Source: Craspedostauros australis
Taxonomy: Eukaryota
DNA: 52,712 nt
NCBI GenBank assembly: GCA_030167865.1
Contig: JALAGF010005707.1
Location: 1 to 52,712, forward strand
Direction: 5' to 3'
The translations under genes were made by a program, and so were the position numbers. Position 1 is the first letter of the stretch. Each line of letters opens with the position of its first letter. Of this stretch, positions 12,608-23,800 are shown in pieces. The notes below the pieces were generated by a model. The model ran no database searches, was not told the DNA's origin, and worked only from the letters and a program-made list of their open reading frames with translations.

Positions 12608-14929
12608 GAGTCCGGAGCGATGGAGCACGCGCTCTATGATAGAGGGAAGGGAGAGAGGAAGGCACGGATGGAACGGGAGCCTCCGTGCCGTTGGTCGGTT
12701 CGGTGATGCAACGCGGTCATTCCCCCCACCCTTCCTCGAAGGGCTCCGGGACAATTTTGCGGAATCGCCGCTAAGTGCCACCTTTTTGGAACCAGCAGCA
12801 GCAGCAGGAGCACGACATCGTTCGAACGCGAGTCACAACCGTGAGATAGGAAGCACGAGAAGATGCTCACGCGGTGCACAGCAACGACAAGAGCAGATGC
12901 AATTACGGATCTACGTTGCACAGGAAACATACGATACTCTACTTTCTCGTATGGAACATATTATGCACAGCGCAACACAACACATCACGGCACTCCATCA
13001 CACTGTAATAATGATAAAAAAGTTTTAATGCATGGATACGAACACACACCCCGAGTCTCTACCGCGTACCTCTGTTTGTGTGGGATCTATCTCTGCATCT
13101 ATGCCCGCCATCGTTCCTCCGTCCTTCCATCCTCCAAATAGCATCGCACCACTTCACTCCACTCCGTGTCACTTCGCTCCACTTCATCGCCGAATCAATC
13201 TCACCCACGCATACAATTGTATTATGTACCAATACTACATCCATGTAGCAGAGTGACAACAGTAAGAACCGCAGAACCGCTCCAAACCAGTTGGTGATGC
13301 CATTTCATTCCTCTCGGACCCGCCCTCATGGCCTTCATCGCCTCCATGCACAGCATAGCCCGTACGAGTAGCTTGTATACCAGCGGGTGCTGTTCCATCC
13401 ACTGTTCCAGCGATAACAAGAGATCCAGTCCCCCCGTGGCGCCTGAGAGTACGAATCTTGGCGTTGCCATGAGTTGGAAAGGCATGGTGGAGGAGAGTAC
13501 TCGCAGTATACGTACATGGAGTAGATGTTTGCATGGCACGAGTGCGGGCCAACAGGCTGTGGGAATGTCACGGTTAAAGTGCGCATGTGGGGTAGAAGAG
13601 TAAAACAGCAGCATAAAATAGTCGACGATGACGCTGTTCACGTGGATGGATGTGGTGACGTGTCCCAAGCCCATCATCGCAATTGCACCATTCGTGGGGA
13701 GAAGCGGCGCAATTTCGTGGTTTCTGCTGACACGTGGTGACGATGTCACTTTTCGACTTCCACTCCACACATGACAAAGTTCTTCGCTTGTTGCGTTTAT
13801 TGTTGCAACTGGCGTCAGCCCCGCAATGAAGTCGTTCCACTCTAACTGGTGGAAGACCTCGCCACAAATGAGGACACTCATCGTATGCTTCGATACTTCA
13901 GGTATACTCCAGTTCCATCCATTCCTTTAGTTGATCTCTATTTTGATTATGCGCACTTAACTTCATTCTTCCTCATCTTCGCACTTCCACGTTGCCATCT
14001 TCAGCTGTTCTTATTCATCTACGTGGTTTCATGCGCCACGCGAGTGAGCGAGTGTCTCCAACCCGTATGTGTGCCTCAGGGAGAATAGTGGAGTATTGCA
14101 TCATCCAATACATCCGTCCGAGTATGTACGAGTGAGTATAGTATGGCAGCGTTCTTTAATCTCGCGTCAGGGTGGTGGTTCTGTCACATGTTGTTCCACC
14201 TTGCATGATCGCTCCTCACTCTGTTTCAGTGATGGCCGATAGAGCACGAGGGGGAATGATGCCATACCATACCATACCATTCATGCCACGTCACCCTCGA
14301 GTGGTCGCTCGACCCAGGCTTCGTCCCACGATGATGATGTCCCCCTCTGCCGTGATCATTGTTGCCGCTTTCGCACTTTTTCATTGTTGCCCTGTGAATA
14401 GATGCTGATAATAACGTCATCATAGCTTCAATTCGTCCCTCAAACCCCTCCACTGGCATCGTGTTGCCTTCTCGTCGTGGAAGTTGGATGCTGTTCTCGT
14501 GCTTGTTATTCTCGTTCTCGTCCAATGCCGCGGCATAGCACAGCGGTTGCTTAAATGCGTTGGTGTGGCGGCGTCGATGGTGGCCGTTGTGGCTGTGCGA
14601 TGCTCCAAGCAGCACACAGCACAACTGTTCCATGACGATGGCTGCGAGAGGTAGTTCTCTTTTTCTCCTTCTTTCTGTATCTGTCTGCCTGTCTGACTGT
14701 TTGCATGCTTGTTTTCGTTTCCTTTGATTTCATTCCCACTGCGTTGCCTCGGTGGACTGACCAGTTGAGTGCGCTGATTGGCAGGTGCCCTTTGACGTCG
14801 GGTGGGTCTTCAAGCTACCGGTATGGCTCACGCTTGTGCCCGAGTTTCCGTATGTGTTGATCCGGCTCGAATTCCCCGGAGTGATCCGCTTGCGACCGCC
14901 GTTGACGACATGCCTCCTCCGATCTCGCA

Positions 14930-16336
14930 CTACAGCTCCCGCACAGGAGACCGGCCACGCTGACGACGCCGGGCGGAGCTGCGTTGCTTGTGCGAACCGG
15001 GCGGCGAGTTGATCTCGATGGCATCCTCCTGATCTTGCATCGCCAGGTTGCGCGCCTTCTGTGATGCCGACCGACAGCAGGAGCCGTACTTCTGCGCGAT
15101 GGCGTCGGGATCGACGATGCCCGCCACACTTTGCTGTGACTGCTCCTTGAAGACGACATTCCATGCGACCTTGCGGGTCTCGAATCGTCTCGTCTTGAGC
15201 TTGGGTGTGAGCAATCCTCTCACGCATTCTTCTTGGGCTGTGTTCTCGTTGCAGGACAAGTCCTGGAACCGTGCCGACTCCACGAAGTTGCGCATGCTCG
15301 ATCGTCTTGATCCAGCGGTTCCTGCTGCCTTGGATATCGCCGGCGATTGCGTTGAGGATTTGGCGGACGGTGACGCTGATGCTGTCGGTGTTGGGATGAC
15401 GTTGGGTGTTGCAGATGGGTATGCACCGCCTGTGCCGACCTGCCCTGTGATCATGAACTGCAACGTCCGTGAGCATGCCTCTGACAGGCTGGGGGAGGAG
15501 CAGAACCACGATGTGTTGGCAAGGCCCGTGGATTGCCGTATGAGGGCGCAGGATCCGCCAGATCTCGGTGATATGGCGCTGCTCGTGGGCGTGTACTTCA
15601 TTCCTGCTGGCGTTCTTGGGTGCTGCTGCTTGTCACTGGGCTGACGGCTTGGCATGGATGAAGTTTGGTTGGCTTCGTCTTCGGTGGCGGGGATCTCGTC
15701 TTCGGTCTTGATCACGTGAATCCTGCGCCTCGAGGCAAAGCGCACCCGTTTGGTCGATTTGTCCGTCCGGAAGCAACGCTTCTTCTTGGCCTGGAATCGA
15801 TGACTTGAAGACTGGCGATCATCGTTGGCGGTGGTGTTGGTGATGCTGACACTGGCTGCGGTGGTGCTGGCGCGACTGCTGCGAGTAGTGCTTGTGTCAC
15901 GTTCGCCGGTGCTATCTGCACCCCCAGCCAATCCACCACGCCGTTGGGCGACCCCATCAGTCTTTGCTCTCGCAATGGTAGCGTTGCCATTGCCCCCTCC
16001 CTCCAGCACATGGCGCTTCGGGGTTTCCAATCCATCAAAGACGTCCTCGATGGAGTCGGACTTGGTGATCTCAATGGCAGGTCGCTGTCGGTTGCTGCCG
16101 TTGCCGCTGGCTCTGTCCAGAGGCTTGCGATTGACCGTGCTGCTGCTCATTCCTGTCTTAGCCATGCGGGTGGGTCCGTCGCTGTTGCAATCTGGGACCT
16201 CGTCGATGCGTGAGAGCTTGGTCATCAATCGCTGAGGTGACGACTTGGCTCTGCGCGGTTTGTGCGGTTTGTTCAGCATGTCCGGTCTCGTGGTCTCCGC
16301 CTGGGGCGCCGATGGTGAAGCTGACATGGGTGGCAT
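14930..16336 (-). CDS. Uncharacterised protein, 468 aa; member 2 of the VxF/W/GLE family
   Basis: Open ATG-stop frame starting MPPM. Contains KRVRFASRRRIHVI...SWF...CVRGLL...RRFETRKVAWNVVFKEQSQQ...DPDAIAQKY...S..A..LA.QD. Confidence 0.85.
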   Translation of the reverse strand: MPPMSASPSAPQAETTRPDMLNKPHKPRRAKSSPQRLMTKLSRIDEVPDCNSDGPTRMAKTGMSSSTVNRKPLDRASGNGSNRQRPAIEITKSDSIEDVFDGLETPKRHVLEGGGNGNATIARAKTDGVAQRRGGLAGGADSTGERDTSTTRSSRASTTAASVSITNTTANDDRQSSSHRFQAKKKRCFRTDKSTKRVRFASRRRIHVIKTEDEIPATEDEANQTSSMPSRQPSDKQQHPRTPAGMKYTPTSSAISPRSGGSCALIRQSTGLANTSWFCSSPSLSEACSRTLQFMITGQVGTGGAYPSATPNVIPTPTASASPSAKSSTQSPAISKAAGTAGSRRSSMRNFVESARFQDLSCNENTAQEECVRGLLTPKLKTRRFETRKVAWNVVFKEQSQQSVAGIVDPDAIAQKYGSCCRSASQKARNLAMQDQEDAIEINSPPGSHKQRSSARRRQRGRSPVREL

Positions 16337-17781
16337 CCTGTCGACTTGCTATTCTGTGCGATTCTGTGAGGTTGCTCTCGTCTCTTGCCGATCTGCTGCT
16401 CTTGAACGAAATGGTATGAGTAACCACTCCGTTGCCACAAACTCTTCGTTGCGCTTTTGTGCACTCGCTGATCTTTGTGAAGTCGTGAAAACCACCAATG
16501 CGATGTTTGAATTGCTTGTCGCACTCAACTTTTCCACACGCAACGATTTGGATGCAAAGGACAATTCCTGCGCCTTCTGCTGCGATGTTCAGCTGATGTC
16601 TTGGATGTGCTTGATGCCTCCCTCTTCCTTGCTTCCTCTCGCCTCCTCTCTTTGCAGTGCTTCACTTCGCGTCAGTTGTGGTATCCTGTCGTGCTTCTTT
16701 TCGCCACCACTTCCTTGTTCGTCTGGGTGCTCGGTGTACTCCACTTTGCTCCACTCACGCAGAGGCACCTTCTTGGTTTCTGCTGCAAAACTCTTGATGG
16801 ATGTTGGATGGCACAACGATGATGGATGATGAGATGATGGCGAAGTCGCAACACTGGCGATCTGCGTGGCTGATGCTCCAGTCCTCTACCGAGATTCACG
16901 AGAGTCAGGTGAGCATCAAACCAAACCAAGCAGAACGAAACCCAACGAAACGAAAACGAGTGAGCTGTTCAAAGAAGAGAGATCTGGTTTTGACGACTGG
17001 GGCGACGGCAGGCATCGGAAGGGAAACGTAACCGCCCACTCGGTATGGTCGTTTGGCGCATGTCGCAGGCACCGCAGTTCCTCCAATAGTTTGCCGCAAC
17101 CGGCGCGATGTCACGCAGATGAACTTGGAGAGGATGTCTCATGGGATCACGGGCACTTAGTTGCTCTCGCCATTTTAACGTTTATAACCGTTTTCTAGCT
17201 CCGGACGGTTCTCTACATACGCCAGCCGTACAATTCGTCTCGTTGGTGGACATGATTCCCACGAATGCATCAATCGTGAGCCACCTCGCTCAAGTCCGCC
17301 TCGCCAAAATTGTGGGATCGGAACCGTCCATGTGTTGGTGCATGTCGTCGCCTGTCGTCCCGTGTTGTCACGTGTTGTTGCGCACCTGGTTCCGCGTGAT
17401 TGGACAACGCGTCAACGCGTGAGACGGGAATGAACACCAAAAGCAGAACCACCAAGCGATACGCGGGCGAAGTCGCGATCTCGTTCCGATTCCACTCACA
17501 CAACATGCTTGTTGGCCATCAATCACACAAACAGGTGCACGGCATCATTCAAAAGCCACTCATTCATTCAATCATTCAATCAATCGATCAATCAATCAAT
17601 GAGTGGATCAATCCATTCACCATCGAGCGTTTCGGCACGATTCATCCAAGACTGTTTGAAAGCAGGTCACATGGAGAACGGATGAGGTGAAATCCGAAGA
17701 TCTGGCGACTCTGCATGCCGTCACAAACTCGCTGTTTGGTGCATTGGATAATTGAAGTGATGGAGCAACACGTACGCTGTG

Positions 17782-17806
17782 GAGAGAGAGAGAGAGAGAG
17801 AGAGAG
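17782..17806 (+). repeat. (GA)n microsatellite
   Basis: Read directly from the sequence. Confidence 0.9.
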
Positions 17807-19159
17807 TAGACCAAAGGGGCGATGTTCACGACTCCATTTACTCTGTTCTGTTCTGTACTCTACTGTGTCAACACTGTGCCAACACTGTGCAATGTTCAGA
17901 CTTGTTCATGGGTTGAATGTGTCTCGCGTGATGCCTTGTAAGATCACGAATGAGCGTTGTTGTCGTGCGGTGATACTCATCTGATCTTGTGTGATGCTGT
18001 TTGTGAATTCATTCTCCATCAGAATTGCACTCGTGCTCGTATTGCAGCCAGCCTGTCGTTCTTCTGTGGCGATACGCATTCTGCAGGGTGGTGACCTTCG
18101 CAATAGCAACGTTCCATTCCCACCACAATCGTCACGTGAGCGCAGAACTCGGAGATGGCATGGATGGCGGCTCTTGGTGGGAATCAAAAGCGCGGCATGT
18201 GTCGGTCGCCAATTTGGCAATGTGCATCACCATCTTGTAGAATGCGGACATGACGCGTATCGCCACAAAGTAGGAGTTGGCAAATAGCAGCATTGTGGCT
18301 CGTGTCATCGTTGTCGTAACATACCCACGAACAAATGGTCTCGCCAAACGAGCGCATCATGTAAGACTCATACTCTACTGTAGTTGATGTTCTTGTTGTG
18401 ATTGAAGCAGATTGGGAATTGTTCCATCGCGCTATTGCTGACATGTTTAGATTGCAGATTGATGCGAATGATCGCGATCGGCCTCAGAGACCGCTGTCGT
18501 TGGATAGAGACCGAGCAAGTTGGATGGCTGACCGGTGCCTCACATTGATTGATTTGCATTCCCCTCATCACACCACGCCGCGTATTTGTTTTGCCACTTG
18601 GATGACAGACACCAGGTGCTCGTGGCTCTGGTCTCGTCGGTTCCCGTATTGCAACTGTCCTCGTACAACGCTCCACTGCAATGACTGGTGAAGCATGAAG
18701 CGTGGCACAGAAGGTGACGCAGAGGATGGCATCGCATGGAAATCGTCTTGTGCATCCTGCTACACCTTTGATCCGTTCGCAGCATTGGAACTCACGTTAA
18801 CTCCACGATGATCTGCATCTACAGAGTGCAGTATGAGCATCGAGTTACAATGCCACTATAGTCGCACACCGTGCCCAATGTGATCTGATGGTGATCTATT
18901 GCATGCCCTTCCCCATTGGCGATACTGCAGGGCCGTCGAGTAGCACAGAGATCTCCAGCGAGCATTCCACTCCACTCCACCACATTCTGAAACACATCGG
19001 GAGCTCGCCTCATTTTTGTGTGTGTGCGTATGTAGTTTGCTGAATGCAACAATTTGTGTAAGACGCAACTGCATCCACGGGAATGTGTCACAAGTGCCTG
19101 TCCGCATGGCTGCCAGTCTCCCGCACACACGCACCAACCGACATTGACGCTCACACAGA

Positions 19160-19696
19160 CTAATCGTCCAACATGGCATCGCCATCCACAGCAGCAGAAG
19201 AAGCGGACTTGACCTTCTTGCGTGCTGCGATCCTCGCCCTCGCGCTGTCGACGACATTGCGCATGACCTGATCGCGCTGCGCCACGGCCGGCGCCAACAG
19301 CTCTATGGACTTCTCGATCTCCGCTCGCGCCTGCGCCTTCTTCTCCGCCTTGGAATCGTCCATGCGCGTGTCGAAGTATCGCTTCTCGCGTGCCTGCTGG
19401 ATCTGATCCACCTTGTGCATGGCCAGGATGGTCTTGCCCATGAGGTCGCGATCGTACTTGACGGGTCGGTTGCGGCGCTTCTCAAAGTCGAAGGTGGAGT
19501 CCACCGCCATCTCCTTGCCCCTGGTCTTGCGGTAGGCCTTCGTCCAGGCGACCTTGCGCGGATTGCGCTTCTTGTTGAAGTTGCGGTGGCATTTCGAGCG
19601 GCAGAAGCGGAATTGCTTGCTGTCGTTGCGCACGAACATGATGCCGTGGCCGGGGTAGCACGGCGACGAGCAGAAGTAGCATCGTTCGATTCTCAT
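19160..19696 (-). CDS. RLP24: Ribosome biogenesis protein RLP24 (RSL24D1, eL24-like), 178 aa
   Basis: MRIERCYFCSSPCYPGHGIMFVRNDSKQFRFCRSKCHRNFNKKRNPRKVAWTKAYRK...GKEM..DSTFDFEKRRNRPVKYDRDLM is the RLP24 signature, including the CxxC...CxxxC zinc ligands. Strong GC3 codon bias. Confidence 0.97.
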   Translation of the reverse strand: MRIERCYFCSSPCYPGHGIMFVRNDSKQFRFCRSKCHRNFNKKRNPRKVAWTKAYRKTRGKEMAVDSTFDFEKRRNRPVKYDRDLMGKTILAMHKVDQIQQAREKRYFDTRMDDSKAEKKAQARAEIEKSIELLAPAVAQRDQVMRNVVDSARARIAARKKVKSASSAAVDGDAMLDD

Positions 19697-20822
19697 CTTG
19701 TCGAAGTTGTTTGCGGATTAATGAGTCAATGTTATGCAATGTGAGGCGGTGTTGGTGGTAACTGTCGTGGATGGAAGAACGGCGTGTCACCATGGTCGGC
19801 TTGTTCCATTTCTTGTTTTGTTTCTCGTCTTGTCACAGTTTTTGTTGGTGGTTGGACGACGAGGAATCTGGAATCTTGAGGATCGACAATCGAATAGGGA
19901 CTATTTAAGTCTATTCCGTTCTCATTCTCCACAATTTCGCGAAGAGAAGGGTCAAGAGACAACCAAGAAGAGACGCCCTCGTGCACGCTGGCGCGAAGGG
20001 AGAAACCAGATCCAGAGCCACTGCCTCCAACAAGATCACACCTGCAGCTGATGAGCGGAGTCTTGGTGCAATACTCTGCTCCAGAGAGAGAGAGAGAGAG
20101 AGAGTTGAGAGTCCCATCATAAATTACCATCATATATTACCATATAGTGCACACTAGTGATCATAGGTCGTACGCATCAGACCCAAGACGAGCGGAGTGC
20201 CATACTTGCGATGCGGTGGTAGACCTGCTGTGATCGGAGAGCGGGAATAAGACGAAGAAGTGCACAACGAACACGAAAGAGTTGCGTCTGCGGCTGTTGC
20301 TGCGGCTGCGATTGGCAATAGTGGAGAGATCCTGCCATTGATGATGCGGCGAACGCAGACTCAGGATCACGCAACGACTACGACTACGACTACGACTACC
20401 TCAGCTCAATAGCTCGTACCAGTCATCACTAGTACTCACTAATCATCACTAGTACTCACAGCTCGCAACCTAACTTGGAATCGAGAGTGTGCGCGACGGG
20501 GGTAGGGTGAGAGTGTGAAAGTGTGGTTGCCAGTGCGGGACGACTGCTCTCTCCAGTAGATCGTATTGTATCATACCATACCATACCATACCATACCACG
20601 CATGATCAGAGTATCAACTCAGAGTACGACGTCAAATACCATACAAGTACGCGTAGTACCTCTCGCCAAAGTCGAACGGCAACGCAGATCTCGACCATCT
20701 GAATATTGGTTGTCCACCAATAGCAAAAGCAGCATCGCAAACAGCATCGCAAACAGCATCACAAACAGCATCACAAACAACAGTGACTGGAGTTGCAACC
20801 GCAACAACCACCAGACGACAAG
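19697..20822. promoter_or_regulatory. Divergent intergenic region between RLP24 and DEPDC5 (putative bidirectional promoter), rich in short tandem repeats
   Basis: Start codons at 19696 (-) and 20823 (+) face away from each other. Contains (AG)n 20083-20104, (ACGACT)4 20374-20399, a duplicated TCATCACTAGTACTCAC at 20423 and 20443, (CATAC)n 20573-20598 and (AGCATCRCAAAC)4 20731-20778. Confidence 0.55.
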
Positions 20823-23800
20823 ATGCTGCTCACCAAGCTGCTGTCGCTGAACGTGCACGATGCGATGACATTCGAAGGCACCGAACTGTGCCTTCATCCT
20901 GATCTCTTCCAACCATCCTCAAGTGCCGGCCATCCATCCTCCGCCTCGACGTCGTTGTCGGGCATCGCCGGTTCCAGCATCAAGCCCAGATTATCAGTGG
21001 CCTCGTTCGGTGGATCAGCGACGGGTGCTGCCTCTTCCATCGGTGGAGCCAGCGGTGCGCCACCCATCGGGCAGAGCCATTCCGATGACACCAGCGTCTT
21101 TGGCGGTTCCAGGGCCAGCATCAATGCGAATGACATGTCCACGCACAACTCGCATCATCAATCACATCATCAATCACATCAGCATCAGTCCAGTCCATCA
21201 CAACCACAGCAGCAGCAGCAGCAGCGGGCAAAGCTCGCTGTTGGCGACATGATCGAGATTAGAATATGGGACCCGATGACCAAGGACGAAATCAAGGCAG
21301 CAACAACGACAACAGCAACGACAACGATGAAAATGGCAACGACGAGCCCCACGTCAAACTCAACGCTGCGACGATCGGGGATCACATCGATGCCGATTCA
21401 CAGCCCATCACTATCATTTTCAGCGTCAGCATCAGCGTCAGCTTCAACATCTGTATCGATCCCCCCACCTATGTCTGCATCTACATCTACTTCGACACCA
21501 GCCAACCCACTAGCAACGAACAACCATCTCTCCATAACGTCCAGCAATTCATCCTTCGTTGACGTACAGGTTGCATCCTCATCCAATTTATCAATATCGC
21601 CCGGATCGCCCCCGCGACAATCACCTCCGAGCAGCGCCGCATCTTCCCAAACATCGGAACGCAGGACTCGTCACTCTTCCATCGCGCAAACAGCAACTCA
21701 GGGCCGACCTCGTGGGGTATCGGCCGTGTCCATCAACACGCAGAACTCTCTGCAGTATTCCGAAGCATCTTCCAACAGCAGGCAAAGGCAGCGCCGATCT
21801 GGTGCACAGGTCGCGTCTCCATCTTCAACAGCCGCGCCCAACAACGATCTCCAGTCCTCGGCTTTGCCACCGGTGTTTCCAAGGAGCAGCCAGCGCAACA
21901 GCAACAACACCACCACCAACAACAACACCACCAACAACAATAACAACAACAATACTGCGAGTACGAGTGGACCATTCTCTCTGCTCAGGCCAGGCGGTTG
22001 GGCCTTTGGCGGATCCGCAACCAACAACAATACGAATAACCACAACCACAACAACCGTGACGAGAACAATGCTATCACCGCCATCACCACAAACAACAGT
22101 AACAGCAACAGTAACAGCAACAGCAACATCAACACGAATAGAGGACGATACCCACCTCCATCCAGACATGACAACAGAGGCATTCACAACCCATCGCCAT
22201 TCGCAAATTCACAACAGTACCGCTTCCTTCCGGCACCGCCAGCGAATGTCTCCATCAACCCGCTCTCTGTCTTTGCCAGAACAGGGGCAGGTGGAAACAG
22301 CTCGATGGATCAAAAGTCTCCACCCACTAGCCGCCATGTTCGCAACTTCTCCGATGTAACGTTCGATTCGCAAGCAACCCCAGCTTTCGAATCTGCAGAT
22401 CCGCAGTCCCCTTCGCTGCAACGTCATCAGCAGCATTATCAGAATCAACCTCCGCATCCGCATCAGAATGCATCGCAGCACCAGCCGTTCCAGCATCAGA
22501 ACCTAATTCAACACCATCAACCACACCATCAACACCAAGCGCAACAGCAGTATCAACAACCACAACAGCAGCACCAGCAATCGCCATTTCATCGCATCCA
22601 GCCAGGCTTCGTCGCTCCGCACGATGACATCGTGGCCGCAGACAACGCCCTCAATGAGATCATGAGAACGCACAGGCTGCGCAAATCGTTCGTCATCCTC
22701 GTCACATCCAAGATGATCAGCACTCTCAAAGGAAGCTCCAGAACGCAAATATCCATGCTCAGGCAGGTCGCGGACTTGTACGAACTGTCCAGCTATGACA
22801 TGGTCACGGTCCATAAGGTCCATCCGGCAGACGAACCGCAGGTGCTCAAGAAGGTCTCCGTCGATTTCGTCGTCCTCATGTTCAAGGACCAATTCCTCTC
22901 CAGAGCTGACATGCACATGTTCCGCGAGGCCATGACGGGAAGCTGGATCTACGAAGGCCAGCGACTTCGGTTGGAGGCCCGCAGTGCGGATGCTCACGCG
23001 AAGCGCATCAAGCATGGCAAGGCCGTCGTGCGATCTGGCATTGTCACCGAGAACACAAAGATCACCTTCCGTTCGAGATCAGCGAGGATCGTCTGGCTGG
23101 TGCAACTCAGCAGCGAGATGTGGGACTACACATCTCCGTACATGTACAACCAGCACGAGGATGCGCAGTATCACCAGCATCATCAACAAAATCAACAACA
23201 GTATCAACACATGGCTTCGGGTCAACCTGCACCAGCTGCGCACCATTCGGAACCGATTTGCGAGCTGTACTTTGACCGATGGATACGCTTCGTTGAAACA
23301 CTGTTTGCGAAGTGGAAAGAACTCGATGTCACGCATTCGCTCACGGTCATCTTCTTCAGTCGCACCTTGATGCACAAGCAAGAATCAAGGGCTGGGACCA
23401 AGGATATCTACGGGCGCAGCTACGAGGATAACTACAAGACGATCCTGGAGAATGAAACCTCGACGGACTGGGAATCGTTGATCGTGAGCATCAAAGAAGC
23501 ATTCGTGAGATGGCCGATCGACCTTGGCTGGGACCTCAAGACGCGCATGCCGTCCAACGCCATCCAGGGCAACCTCCTCGAGGCCATCAACATCACCCTC
23601 AACGTCATGCAGTTCCATTTCTTGGATCGCGACCTGCACCGCACAGGCAACTCCATCGTCGTCATATCCGCCGGCAACGGCGTCTTCGAGGTCGACAAAC
23701 GGTTGGCCAGCATCAGCTATCAACGCATGATGGACAACGGAATTGGAAGCGACATGCTCAGTCTCGGACTGCCTCCGTTGCACATCGCCCCCTTCTTCCT

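Noticed and set aside
10129..13881. ORFs 10129-10761, 11440-12045 and 13222-13881 (about 200 aa each)
   Set aside because: No recognisable domains and atypical composition. 11440-12045 is the antisense of a CA-rich leader. Expression cannot be excluded without RNA data.
20793..20822. ORF-track start of DEPDC5 at 20793, and likewise 34901 for the TPR-like gene
   Set aside because: These are TTG/GTG starts. In a eukaryote the first ATG (20823; 34691) is more plausible.
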